From the NCBI GenBank assembly GCA_963674945.2, contig CAXXWQ010000003.1:256001-320000 (forward strand): 64,000 bases of DNA, in the 5' to 3' direction. Of this stretch, positions 51,203-61,778 are shown in pieces. The notes under the pieces are model-generated. The model did no database searches. It was not told the DNA's origin and saw nothing but the letters and a program-made list of their open reading frames with translations. This DNA comes from an uncultured Desulfosarcina sp. (GTDB lineage: Bacteria > Desulfobacterota > Desulfobacteria > Desulfobacterales > Desulfosarcinaceae). Numbering within the stretch: position 1 is the stretch's first letter; each line of letters begins with the position of its first letter. The position numbers and the translations under genes were made by a program.

Positions 51203-51777
51203 GTGGATTGAAACGTTATGATATAATTAAAATCACCAACATCAATGGATTTTTGTTTTTTAAACTCGTACCCAGTGACAATTTTTTCAACCTCATCTTC
51301 GGACAGTCGTATTTTCATGGGTGGTCCGGGCGGACCTTCCATCTTCTTGAATTCAATAACGGCAAGATGTCCATCCGGTTTGAGAAGGGTTTTGATCTGT
51401 TTCAATATTGTATCGGTTTTACCGGCTTCTTCAAAATCATGTAAAACGGTTGCCAGTAAACATAAATCGACGTGGTACGCGTCAATTTCAATCTCTTTGG
51501 TCGCATCAGCCCAAAGGGGCATTATATTCTTTATGTTTTTTTCATCAATTTGTTCCTTTAAAAGTGACAATCCTTCTTTCCAGAGGTCGACAGCGTATAC
51601 CAGCCCCTGTTCACCAACGATGTCGGAGAAGAATAAGGAATAATTCCCTTTACCGCATGCTAAATCAAGCACGACGGATCCATGTTTCACCGGCAAAATA
51701 TCCCTTACTATTTTGGGATCAATCAGTTCAAAACTACTTTTGCCGGCTCCTTTGGGATTTTTTTTTGTATTATTCAT
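51199..51777 (-). CDS. Class I SAM-dependent methyltransferase
   Basis: VLDLACGKG, YAVD, VLHD, LKPDG, GPPGPP. Confidence 0.88.
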   Translation of the reverse strand: MNNTKKNPKGAGKSSFELIDPKIVRDILPVKHGSVVLDLACGKGNYSLFFSDIVGEQGLVYAVDLWKEGLSLLKEQIDEKNIKNIMPLWADATKEIEIDAYHVDLCLLATVLHDFEEAGKTDTILKQIKTLLKPDGHLAVIEFKKMEGPPGPPMKIRLSEDEVEKIVTGYEFKKQKSIDVGDFNYIITFQST

Positions 51778-52532
51778 ATCGTCAATCTCCATCTGATTCT
51801 TCTGAGACAACCTTGCCCCTCAATCGCTTTCAAGTAAAAAGCAAACGGTTGTTATTTTAAACAGATTATGGACGATCTGTACACCCAAAAGATATGTGAG
51901 GGGCAAATTGAAGGCGGGTTCCTTACATTCTTGCACGATTCAAAGACATCAACAAACCGGAGACAGGACTATCACGATTGAGCAGTTTGGGAATAAAAGA
52001 AGGGAAGGGATAAAGCGTTGACTCCTGTTTTACTTCTTGGGTCATTTAATGGATGCAGTTCTCTTGCGTTATCTCTACTTGTCCAAGGCTATCGAAAAGC
52101 CAATATTTCCTTTATTTTTCGACGAACATAACCTTAATTGCGCTTGATACAGTCTTGACTTATCTCTTGCCTCTTTTGATATGGTAACGCGGTCCACAAC
52201 ACCAAAGTCCTGACATTCATTTACTTCCCGATTTTCGATTTTAGGAGAGAAGTTGGCGGGTGACACAAGTGGATAGATTTTCTTATTATCAACAATTATA
52301 TAGGGTGTGTCATCAGCCAATAGAATCACCTCAATCCACAAAAACAAAAAATTGAACCCCACATCAAAAACAACGGGTGAACGCATTCAGAAAGCAATTT
52401 GTTACATTGTTCGATTCGCTGAGATCTTAGATTTTGAATGTAGAGCAATCTTTATACCAAAGAAGAACAGAATTTTAGATAAAATATTTATTGCAAATAC
52501 AACAAGATAACTATTACAGCATTTAATATATA

Positions 52533-54283
52533 CCTGAATTTTGCACGCAATTAGCTTTAATTGGCCACGGTGGCCAATTTTTTCAAAATGACGAAGAGTT
52601 CGTTTTCTACTCTAACACATGATCGTTGCCTTTAGTGTGAAGTATACGGTTTGCACGTGTTTCGTTTAACTGCCCATATACAAAGGAAATTGTCGTGAAA
52701 AAAAATTCTTGCATGATATTTTCCCGAGTTACGCAGACGTTCAACATGCCACTTGTCTCCACGGCTTCGGTTTCAATCGCGCTTGATCCAGGAAGTCGAG
52801 AAAATGGATCATCGCGGGCGTTCTCGCATCGTGTACGGAGAACTTGACCTTGTCACGGTTTTGATCTTTGACAACTTTTGCGGCAATGAAAAGCAGCTTC
52901 AACCTGGCGATCCGGATTGTATTGGATGCCACCGTTTTTAAATGCGGCATCTTTTTTCTGTCCTGGCTCATGGCGGCAAGCATCTTGATGTAACGCCAAA
53001 TGTTATACGACAGCACTACAAGTTGAAAGAACGCATAATTGTTTTTGAACTTTGCTGATGGGATGGCCTCAAGCCCTTCACGTTTGGCCTCACCCACCAG
53101 GTTTTCAACGTCAGCGCGTTTATCATACTTGCTGACCACCTCATGGGCCGGCCCTGAAAGGTTCGTGCAGAATATCCGGTATGTATAGTTGTCGTCTTCA
53201 AAGAGTAGGCATTGCACTTGCTGGTTTGAAGTTGATTTGGCTTTCGGTATACGCATGGCCACAAACCGGCACGGGGTATCCCAACCAAGGGGCTGATAGA
53301 CGCAGCTGTTATACTCAACATCCTTGCGTTTCCAGGGCCGATACCAACCTCTCGGATCAAAGGGCGGGTCGCATCTCTTGTTGGCGATGATGAAGTCATA
53401 GCCGCAGTGTCTTGCAGTCTGGACACTTTCCCAGCTCAGGAACTCTCCATCGGCCCGCAGCAGGACTTGGCGAACACAACCGGGTAAATGGGATTTTGTC
53501 TGGAGGATAAAGGCAGCGGTCTGTTTGCCACTGAGTGTTTCACCTTTTCGAAGCTTTCCGATAAGACACTCCCGGGTCTGCTCAATGAAGCACAGCACCG
53601 GACGGTAACCTTTCTTTCCCCGGTTTTTGGTGTTATGGCCTTTCCTGCCTCCTTGCTGATTGCCGTACAGCGTCTCGACGGTGGTGTCGATATCGATGCA
53701 TATCCGGTAATAATTGAAACCCAGTTGTTGCCACACCCGTTCTCGCAGAATGCTCATGAGCTTCTGAAGGGACTGGGCTTGGTTAATTCCCAAGCTGTCA
53801 AGGTATCGCCAGAAGGTGCTCGACACCGGCAACTTTGTCAGTCGGAAAAATCCACACAGCATGGCATCGAGTCGGATGTAGGTAAAATGCCAGATTCTGT
53901 TAAAGCCTATAAACAGTAGCATCAGAAGTCCTGCCACCATCGAATAGTGGCCCAGCTTTGGCTGCCGGACAGGCGCATGATAGGTGGAGTTAAATATTTG
54001 TTTGAAATCGATCAAATCGAAAAATTTGATCATCGCTAAAAGCCCGCCAAATGGACTTAGTTGCTCGCTGCATGTCTCATGCGGCGTAGAAGCGTTGATT
54101 TTTCTGGCCTTGGCAGCGTTTTTCTTAAACCCTTTGTTCTTGCGGTTTTTACGGCTTTTTGATTTACTTGATTTTACCATCTGGGTACCTCCTGTTTTTA
54201 TTGTGGAAGCATGTCACCTCCCTTTATAACAGGATTCCCAGATGGTTTCTTCCTTATTTATGATTCGTCGTGCAAAATTTAGG
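52533..54283 (-). mobile_element. IS1380-family insertion sequence, copy 2 (1751 bp)
   Basis: Same IRs as copy 1; 5-bp target duplication ATATA at 52528-52532 and 54284-54288. Confidence 0.95.
52741..54180 (-). CDS. IS1380-family transposase
   Basis: Translation identical to 280-1719. Confidence 0.93.
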   Translation of the reverse strand: MVKSSKSKSRKNRKNKGFKKNAAKARKINASTPHETCSEQLSPFGGLLAMIKFFDLIDFKQIFNSTYHAPVRQPKLGHYSMVAGLLMLLFIGFNRIWHFTYIRLDAMLCGFFRLTKLPVSSTFWRYLDSLGINQAQSLQKLMSILRERVWQQLGFNYYRICIDIDTTVETLYGNQQGGRKGHNTKNRGKKGYRPVLCFIEQTRECLIGKLRKGETLSGKQTAAFILQTKSHLPGCVRQVLLRADGEFLSWESVQTARHCGYDFIIANKRCDPPFDPRGWYRPWKRKDVEYNSCVYQPLGWDTPCRFVAMRIPKAKSTSNQQVQCLLFEDDNYTYRIFCTNLSGPAHEVVSKYDKRADVENLVGEAKREGLEAIPSAKFKNNYAFFQLVVLSYNIWRYIKMLAAMSQDRKKMPHLKTVASNTIRIARLKLLFIAAKVVKDQNRDKVKFSVHDARTPAMIHFLDFLDQARLKPKPWRQVAC

Positions 54284-54654
54284 ATATAATTAAGTAGTGG
54301 GTAAACAATTACTGATTGTGAAATAAATGTCTCTGTTATTTAGAAATTAAAATCATTACCGGCTTTACTAAATTCTTTTTCTCAATCCAACTGAGTAGCT
54401 GAGGATTAAACGAGATAATCCAATTTATCCTCCGATTCTTACTTCCTCCTTTTGGCTGTACCGAAATATCTGTGGGAACTGACGGCTGTGAGAATTGGTG
54501 CTGATCAATTCCTGTGGAGAATAACTCAAATTCTTCAACACACCGATATTCGAACTTCCTCAGGGCATGTGACTGCCGGTGTGTTTATTGGCCACGCAGA
54601 CTTGCCCAATAATGAATGTCGAAATGAAAACCCACGCTCTTAACAGCGGTTTCA

Positions 54655-54966
54655 ATGGTGATGTCTTTCGGTTACACGAGATACGGTATCAAACCGTTAA
54701 ATGAAGATAATAACCTGGTCGGCATGGTTACGGAAAAAGATATTCTGAAAGTCCTGTACACTGGCAAAATCAGAGGCAAGAGAGTTGAAGACATAATGTC
54801 CACGAAGATTACTACTTTCAATGAAAACGAGGACTTGATGTCAATCATGAAATGTCTCGTTGATAATAATTTCAGACGCGTTCCCATTACATCCGGAAGC
54901 ATATTGACGGGCATTATCACCCGACGGGATATTATCAAATTTCTTTCCAGCAAGATGTCTGAATAG
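54655..54966 (+). pseudogene. CBS-pair protein, apparently lacking its N-terminal part
   Basis: NLVGMVTEKDIL...VEDIMS...FRRVPI...GIITRRDII; first CBS repeat incomplete. Confidence 0.65.
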
Positions 54967-55025
54967 GAGCATATGTCATAGGATTTTCATAAAAACCGCC
55001 GGCAAATTTCTTATATTCGCCACCA

Positions 55026-55646
55026 TCACTCCTCAATCATCCCGACGCCGGCATCGAAGGCCTCCAGATTCACCGGAACCTTGGATTCGGGCATCCGACT
55101 GCGGACCACCGCCTCGAAAATCTCCCGCCCAAGGGGCAAATCGCCGGTTTTGGCCAAGGCGCCGACGAGCATGACATTTCCGAAGATGGGATTGCCCAAC
55201 CGGGTTGCGGTTTCGGTGGTATCCAGAAACCAGGCTGCGGAGGAAAATTGATTGATCCAATCCATGATGGTCTCCGGCGCCGGATAGGTCTGCTCACCGC
55301 TGATAACCCCCATGGAGCGCACCGGCCGCATGTTCGTAATCACCTTGACGCCTGGGTTGCCATATGCCTTCAGGACCCGCAGGGCCTCTGTGGGTTCCAG
55401 GGACACCACCATGTGGGCTCGGCCCAGGGGAATCTGAGGGGACAGGCTTCCGTTCCGTGATACGCGCAGGTGACTCATCACCGATCCGCCCCGCTGGGAT
55501 GCGCCAAAGGTTTCGCCGATGGTGATGTCAAATCCCTGGCGGGAAAGCATGTCGCCGACCATCCGACTCGCCAGAACGTTTCCCTGTCCGCCCACGCCGG
55601 TGATAATCAGATTGTAGGGATCGTGTTGCAAGGATTTCGTATTCAT
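55026..55646 (-). CDS. iorB: Indolepyruvate:ferredoxin oxidoreductase subunit beta
   Basis: GVGGQG, GASQRGGSVMSH, EALR, NVMLVGA; overlaps the iorA stop. Confidence 0.9.
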   Translation of the reverse strand: MNTKSLQHDPYNLIITGVGGQGNVLASRMVGDMLSRQGFDITIGETFGASQRGGSVMSHLRVSRNGSLSPQIPLGRAHMVVSLEPTEALRVLKAYGNPGVKVITNMRPVRSMGVISGEQTYPAPETIMDWINQFSSAAWFLDTTETATRLGNPIFGNVMLVGALAKTGDLPLGREIFEAVVRSRMPESKVPVNLEAFDAGVGMIEE

Positions 55647-57595
55647 GCGTTTACCACCTTTTCCACCGTGATCGCGTTGTGTGGGCAGACCTGGGCGCAA
55701 ACGCCACATCCCACGCAAACGAATTCATCGACGCGCGTCTGTTTCGCCTCCGGATCCCAAATCAGGCCGGGGCATTTGAAAATCCGTGTGCACAACCGGT
55801 TGCAGCCGCAGGCTTCGGCAACGCATCTTTCCGGATCCACCGACACGTTCCACGCCTTCTTGCCTTTGCGGGCCGGGCTCAATGCGCATGCCTGTCTGAG
55901 CACCAGCACGCGGACACCACCGGCATCGTCAAGCAGATCCGCAATGGTCTTTCTGGCCTCGGCGAACTGGAACGGATCGGCGATTTCCACCCGCACGCCC
56001 ATGGCCCGGCAGATGGCCGGAATGTCCATGGCCGGCAGTGGTTTTCCGTCCGCGCCCACGGGAATCCCGGGGTGGGGCTGAAAACCTGTCATGGCCGTGC
56101 CGGAGTTGTCCAGGATCACCATGATGATGTCCGCCTGGTTGTGGACAGCGTTCACCAGGCCCGGCATGGCGGCATGGAAAAAGGTCGAGTCCCCGCAAAC
56201 CGTGATGACCGGCTGGTCCATGCCAAAACATTGGAACTTGCCGAATCCGGAAGCCATGCCCACACCCGATCCCATGGCGGCAACAGTTTTCACGGCCCGG
56301 AAACCGCAATCCGACACCCCCAGGGTGTAGCAGCCGATGTCGCCACTGATGAATCCACGGCGGTTATCGAGTTTGAGGGCTTCATGAATCAGCCAGAAGG
56401 ATGCTCGGTGGGGGCAGCCGGGGCAAAAGGTCATCGGCCGGTCCGGAATGCCGCCGTCCAGTTCCGCCGCAATCTGCGCCCGGTAGTCGGCTGCGGGGTC
56501 ATCGACAGACAAGCCGAGAATCTTCGCCAGGGCCTTCATCACATGGTCGGGATTCAACTCGTCCACGGAAGGGATGGTCTTGTCCGCACGCCCGTAAAAC
56601 CTTGTCGGCCCGATCTCCTGGGCCCGCTGGGCAAACAGCGCCTTGATGTTGTCTTCCATAAACGGCGTACCTTCCTCGACAATCAACACACGGTCCGCAC
56701 AAGACAGGTGTTTTTCTAAAAGGCGCGGTGGCAGCGGCCAGGTGGTACCGAGCTTTAAAAGCCCCACCCGTTTCTTGACCCCCAATATGTCCATGGCCTC
56801 CCTGCAATAGGACGTGGCCGCCGAGCTTGTGATGACAAGCAGTTCTGGACGGTCCGGCCCGACGTAGGTGTTGAAGGGGCTGTCCTCGAAACAGGAGATG
56901 GCCTTTGAAAGTCCCTCGTGCTGTCGAACGCGTTGGACCGGTGCCGTGCCGGGCAGGGTCATGACCGGGCCGGTCATCTGATCGAAAAATCCGCCGTCGC
57001 AATGAAAATCGGCCTGCGCCGTGGTTTCCGGCAGGTCGCCGATAACCACGTTGCCCGAGGCATGGGACATGCGCGTTACGGAGCGCAGCATCACCACATT
57101 GCGGATGGTCTCGGAAAGCGTGAAGGCCCAGCGGGTCATGTCCTTGGCTTCCTGGATGTCGCCGGGCTCGATCAGGGGAAACTCCATCATTTTGCTATAG
57201 GGCCGGGAGTCGCCCTCGTTGGTGCTTGACAGGGAACCGGGATCCTCGCAGGTCACCAGCACCAGTCCGGCGCGGGACCCGTATTCCGCCAGGTGAAGCA
57301 GAAAATCCGAGGCCACGTTCACCCCAACCTGCTTCATCGTGCTAAGAGCGCGAAGCCCTGCGTATGAGGCAGCAGCCGCCACTTCCAGGGAAACTTTTTC
57401 GTTGGTGGACCATTCCACATAAAGGCCCATCTCCTCTGCCACGTCCCCTAAGGCCTGGGGAATTTCCGATGACGGCGTGCCGGGATACGCCGCCACCACC
57501 TTGACGCCGGCCTCCAACGCTCCCCGGGCAATGGCCTCGTTGCCCATCATTAAGAGACGCTCTCCTTTTTTTTTCTTACCGGATATGATCGACAT
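55643..57595 (-). CDS. iorA: Indolepyruvate:ferredoxin oxidoreductase subunit alpha
   Basis: GNEAIARGA, YPGTPSSE, NEKV, CPGCPHR, GDIGCY, GDSTFFH, DNSGTAMTG, C-terminal ferredoxin. Confidence 0.92.
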   Translation of the reverse strand: MSIISGKKKKGERLLMMGNEAIARGALEAGVKVVAAYPGTPSSEIPQALGDVAEEMGLYVEWSTNEKVSLEVAAAASYAGLRALSTMKQVGVNVASDFLLHLAEYGSRAGLVLVTCEDPGSLSSTNEGDSRPYSKMMEFPLIEPGDIQEAKDMTRWAFTLSETIRNVVMLRSVTRMSHASGNVVIGDLPETTAQADFHCDGGFFDQMTGPVMTLPGTAPVQRVRQHEGLSKAISCFEDSPFNTYVGPDRPELLVITSSAATSYCREAMDILGVKKRVGLLKLGTTWPLPPRLLEKHLSCADRVLIVEEGTPFMEDNIKALFAQRAQEIGPTRFYGRADKTIPSVDELNPDHVMKALAKILGLSVDDPAADYRAQIAAELDGGIPDRPMTFCPGCPHRASFWLIHEALKLDNRRGFISGDIGCYTLGVSDCGFRAVKTVAAMGSGVGMASGFGKFQCFGMDQPVITVCGDSTFFHAAMPGLVNAVHNQADIIMVILDNSGTAMTGFQPHPGIPVGADGKPLPAMDIPAICRAMGVRVEIADPFQFAEARKTIADLLDDAGGVRVLVLRQACALSPARKGKKAWNVSVDPERCVAEACGCNRLCTRIFKCPGLIWDPEAKQTRVDEFVCVGCGVCAQVCPHNAITVEKVVNA

Positions 57596-57654
57596 GGTAC
57601 CACCACCTTATGCGGATGTGGACGAAGGAATCACGACACCCGTGTCTGTTTTTT

Positions 57655-58734
57655 TCAATTTTCAAGCAGATCGCGCAAGTTCGACCGGCCTCGCCGCCGT
57701 TTGTTCATGGAGGCGGACTTGAGCTTGGCCAGACTTTCCGGGGACACCTCCTTGAACTCCAGGATGCCCTTCTCCCTGGCAAGGGACAGCAGCTGCTCAC
57801 CGGCCATGGTTCTGACGATCACCTGGTTCCAGTGCCGGTCCACATCCCATCCCTCGGAGCTTCTTGCCGAACCCACCGAAATATCGGCGAACTCGGCGGT
57901 CATGTCCGTGCAATAATCGCAGCATCCGCGAACGCAGCAGTTGACCCGGTCGATGGGAATCTCGATCATGCCGCTGCCGGTTTCCACCTCCATGCAGGCA
58001 TGGCTGGAGGGCGGGATATCCATGCCGAGGATGGTTTCGCCCTCGGTCGCAGCAAACACCATTTGCCGCAAGCGCCGCCAGTCCAGGGTCCAGCCGCAGA
58101 ACAGGCCGATCACCAATTTGAGCCGAGCGATCCGAAAGGCGTCCTCCGCGGCAGGACTGTTTCGCATTTTGGCCAGAGCCCGGGCCTGGCACGGCGTGGC
58201 CACTACCCCCAGCGGATCCGTCCCTTGGGCCGACACGCGATTGAACTCGGCCACCGACGGCGCGTTGCCGAATTTGCTGCCGGCCGCAGCCAGCACCTCG
58301 TCCCGATGAAACGCCGTTATGCTTTGGGGCAGCATTGGCGCCTCCTCTCTTGCCACGACACAGCCGCCGATGAGCCCGTGTTCCAGGGCCGCGCAGACAA
58401 GGGCACTCACCGTCCCTCCGTGCTGGGCCTTCTCGCGGATCACGGGATCGGTTGCCCGGGTCATGAAAAGCCCTTTGAAAGAACCGATTTCGGGGGTAAG
58501 ATCGGAGGCGTCGAAAAGCGCCTGGGCAAGGCCGTCCCAATCCGTTTCCATGCGGGGACAGTAGCGCCGGCATCGTCCATCCTGTCGGTCGCACGCGAAG
58601 AGCGCCACCGTGGCGCCCCGATGACTTCGCAGATAGGGGCAAAGCCCCACGCACGCACCGCAACCGGTACAAAGCCCGGTATCAATAACGGAAGAGGATA
58701 CAAGTAAATGTCCTTTTGTTTTTTTGTCCGTCAT
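57655..58734 (-). CDS. FrhB/FdhB-like (F420 hydrogenase/dehydrogenase beta) Fe-S protein
   Basis: CTGCGACVGLCP, AQHGGTVS, AAGSKF, TPCQ, IGLFC, CDYCTDMTAEFADISVG. Confidence 0.9.
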   Translation of the reverse strand: MTDKKTKGHLLVSSSVIDTGLCTGCGACVGLCPYLRSHRGATVALFACDRQDGRCRRYCPRMETDWDGLAQALFDASDLTPEIGSFKGLFMTRATDPVIREKAQHGGTVSALVCAALEHGLIGGCVVAREEAPMLPQSITAFHRDEVLAAAGSKFGNAPSVAEFNRVSAQGTDPLGVVATPCQARALAKMRNSPAAEDAFRIARLKLVIGLFCGWTLDWRRLRQMVFAATEGETILGMDIPPSSHACMEVETGSGMIEIPIDRVNCCVRGCCDYCTDMTAEFADISVGSARSSEGWDVDRHWNQVIVRTMAGEQLLSLAREKGILEFKEVSPESLAKLKSASMNKRRRGRSNLRDLLEN

Positions 58735-58888
58735 GGCGATCCGATTCCTTTGTTGTCTTTTTTCGCATTCGGCGTTTTGCTTTTTGTCCAAAAATCGTTC
58801 TGCCAGGCGATCCTCAGGCGTTTTGTCAATTTGCCCCTTCCAGCCCTTTCAACTGGATTTGGCGAATGCATACACTTTCGCTGCAGAG

Positions 58889-59347
58889 TCAATCGTTATT
58901 GATGTTTTGCCGCATCATCCGTTTTACCGTGTAAACCACGACCTCGTCGCCGTCCTGATTTATGACCCGGTGCCGAAAGGTAACAATCCCCCGGCCCGGT
59001 TTTTTCGTCCTGCGGGTCTCCACCACCTCGATGCGCACCGACACGGTGTCGCCGATGAAGACCGGCTTGAGAACATCGAGCTGCACCCCGAGAAAGGCCA
59101 TCCCGCTATGCAAAATCCCGGAAAGAATCGCCAGTCCCTCGGCAACGGAAAAGGTCAGCGCACCGGGTACGACGGGCTTTTTGTAAGGGGTGTGGGCTGT
59201 AACGAAGTCCCGGTCCATGAAAATGGGTTCGAAAAACCCGAAACTGGTGGTGAAGTTGACGTGATCCGCCTCCGAGATCGTGCGGCGGGCCGTTTCATAG
59301 GCCTGGCCCGGTTTGAAGTCGTCGAAAAAAAAGGTCCGTGAGTGCAT
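58889..59347 (-). CDS. MaoC-family dehydratase
   Basis: FFDDFKPGQ, RTISEAD, PVFIGDTV, NQDGDEV. Confidence 0.9.
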   Translation of the reverse strand: MHSRTFFFDDFKPGQAYETARRTISEADHVNFTTSFGFFEPIFMDRDFVTAHTPYKKPVVPGALTFSVAEGLAILSGILHSGMAFLGVQLDVLKPVFIGDTVSVRIEVVETRRTKKPGRGIVTFRHRVINQDGDEVVVYTVKRMMRQNINND

Positions 59348-59616
59348 ATGGTTTTCCTTTCATCGGGTTTATCGAACAGGCGTCAATCCGATGCAAGTCC
59401 ATCGAAAAGATACGCCAGCCCGTTGACCTATATCTCATATACCATCTGCGGCATTTCGCCAAGCCTTCCAGGCGGAAACCCCTTTGGGGAAAACCAGACC
59501 ATATAGGGCCGCGGACAGGCCGATCAGGCGCCATTTCTTATATTTACCGGAGGGCATACAGATGTCGGCCAGCTTTAGGAGGACATCCGGTGCATGCCGG
59601 CGTTGTCGGTTTTCAT

Positions 59617-60021
59617 TCAACGGTCTGCAGAAGCAAAGCCGAATGTCTTGCCGTTTTTTACTGCCGCAGGATCATTGCTCCATGAATATACAGACTCACC
59701 CGTTTGCTTTCCATTCACCATCAAATATGCCTTGACCCACAAGACAAATTTCCCTTCACCGGGTAACGTGATCGTGGTTTCGGTCTCCGTTCCCCGCCAG
59801 ATCCGCCCCGGATTCGATCGATCAATACCTGCTGTCCCCACTTCGTACTCGATGGTAACCGCCCCTTCCTGGCTGTGGAAATTTGTCGACACCGGATCCC
59901 ATGCTACCGTGACCGGGTTGATCGTGTGCCATTCGGTCACCTCCGCAACGGTGAGAGTGGGGGCACAACCAAGCGAGAGAAACAAAACCAACGAAACAAC
60001 AGCCTTTATATTTGTAAACAT
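59617..60021 (-). CDS. Hypothetical secreted protein (beta-sandwich/FN3-like)
   Basis: Hydrophobic signal segment; VTVAWDPV...YEV...WVKAY...GES. Confidence 0.55.
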   Translation of the reverse strand: MFTNIKAVVSLVLFLSLGCAPTLTVAEVTEWHTINPVTVAWDPVSTNFHSQEGAVTIEYEVGTAGIDRSNPGRIWRGTETETTITLPGEGKFVLWVKAYLMVNGKQTGESVYSWSNDPAAVKNGKTFGFASADR

Positions 60022-61778
60022 ATTTCTTTTCCGTATTTTTTCGATCTTTGTTCCCTTGATCGAGGAGATCGGTGCCACCGGATAGCGCTGCATCCATGAA
60101 AGCGGCAGGCGCAGACTTGCCCCCCCGATCAAACACTGCAAGCACCAACGGTTGGCCAATAATGGTTTTGCCAATGAATTGGATATCCATTGGCGTATCG
60201 TCGGCAACGGCCCTAACACCATGTGCAAGCGGCGACTGGAAGGTAGAAATCTCCTTGATGGTACGGTTGTTCACCATGAACCCGTCTTGAACACGAAGCG
60301 CACTTTCGTGCGTACCCTCGGCGCCGGTAGAAACAGTTCGAAATTAACCGCAGAATCTTGCCCACTCACCGCTGGTAGGCCTAAGTTCTATTGATACGGG
60401 TTTGTGTTTGGACCGACCCGTCTTTGCCTCTGCAAAGACCTGCCTTAGATTTTTCACGTCTTCGTCACAATCTACTACCTGGACCATTGTCCCTTCACCG
60501 ATGAGAATATCATCGGCATTCACTCCCATGGCAACGGACTTTGCTTCGGCTCCGTCCTCTATTCTTGCGGTAAGGGTGTCATTCGCCGAACCTTGAGTAT
60601 ATGTTTTCCTGCATGTGCCTGGATATCTTACCGGGGGCTGTTTTCGCCTCCCCTGTATAGCTGTTTGCGATAATAGTGAAGTTAGCTATTCAGGTCAAAT
60701 GGAATTCTTCTGTTCTTTACTCCATAGCGACTCCCGCCCAACCTCTAAAAGTATTATCTTCATAATTTGATGATACACGAGAAGACATAGTATACAAAAA
60801 AGCACAAATATTGTGGATTGCGTGTGGGTTTCTGTTTTTGATTGTATCTACAATTGTCAGAGGTGTTTGCCGACGGTGCATACCTCAATCCGAATGTATA
60901 AGAGGCTGTTTTGCGTTCAGATTGATGGCATAACCATTCGATGGCCTCATATTTGCTTAAATCATTCTTACACTTTTAACGGAAAGGGCCGCCAATGTAT
61001 CAGGACGATGATCATGATGACGCTAAAGAAATACGCCCATCGGGTTCACAAGTGGGCGTTCCGAAATGTGAAGATCAAATGCTCGAAGAGGAAATTGGGG
61101 AACTGTTTGATGAATTGACGCAGGAGAAGCCGAAGAAATAGGAAAACATGCAGAAATCAGCCTGCGCGACTTTCTAAAACGCGTTTCCAGGCAAAACAGT
61201 ATGATGAAAAAACGCACTCTGTCATTGGCGTGTCGATGGTCAGAAGTGGGAGAAGTCTTTTTAACTTATAGTATTGAATGCGTTCCGTAGAAGTCTTTCT
61301 TTATTTGTGCGGTAATTCATCATTCATGCACCAGACATCCACTGCATCCGCAAGTGCGTGGCATCGGAAGGAATATTCACGTCGATAAGGCCAACCCGGG
61401 CGCCCAAATCAGCCAAATCGCCTGACCGCATATTCGGATGCGGTCAGTTCTGTCACGAATCAGCCCTTTGATCCCGCCTAGCACCACTTCTCGCCCAAGG
61501 ATACGGCTGCCCTTTACTTCACGCTGTGGACATACCACGATATCATCTCCGATCTCCTGCCAGGCCCTGGAGGGCAAGTTTCATTGTCTTTGACATCCCA
61601 TCCCGCGAGTTGAAGTTTTTTGATTGACAATGACAGACGATGCTGTTAATAGACATTTTTATCTATTAGATAGACATACGACGCTCCTGTTCCTGATCTT
61701 ACTGGCAACGTGATTTGAACTTCCGATAAGTGGGCTCACCGTGTGAAATGGCGCATCCGTCAACGAATAGGTAAAAAA

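Noticed and set aside
52075..52386. 103-aa ORF next to IS copy 2
   Set aside because: No clear RBS or motif; cannot be supported.
72..54283. Composite transposon carrying the 52-kb region
   Set aside because: Each IS has its own target duplication; the outer flanks (TTATA vs ATATA) do not match.
55679..58707. Long plus-strand ORFs (346 and 365 aa); similar ones at 13730, 15530 and 36440
   Set aside because: Antisense shadows of well-supported genes, with no recognisable motifs.
60030..60600. Protein-like fragments on the minus strand
   Set aside because: Possibly a frameshifted remnant, but I could not assign a family.
61422..61447. Hairpin CTGACCGCAT-attcgg-ATGCGGTCAG as part of an ncRNA
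   Set aside because: Isolated stem; no recognisable RNA family or U tract.
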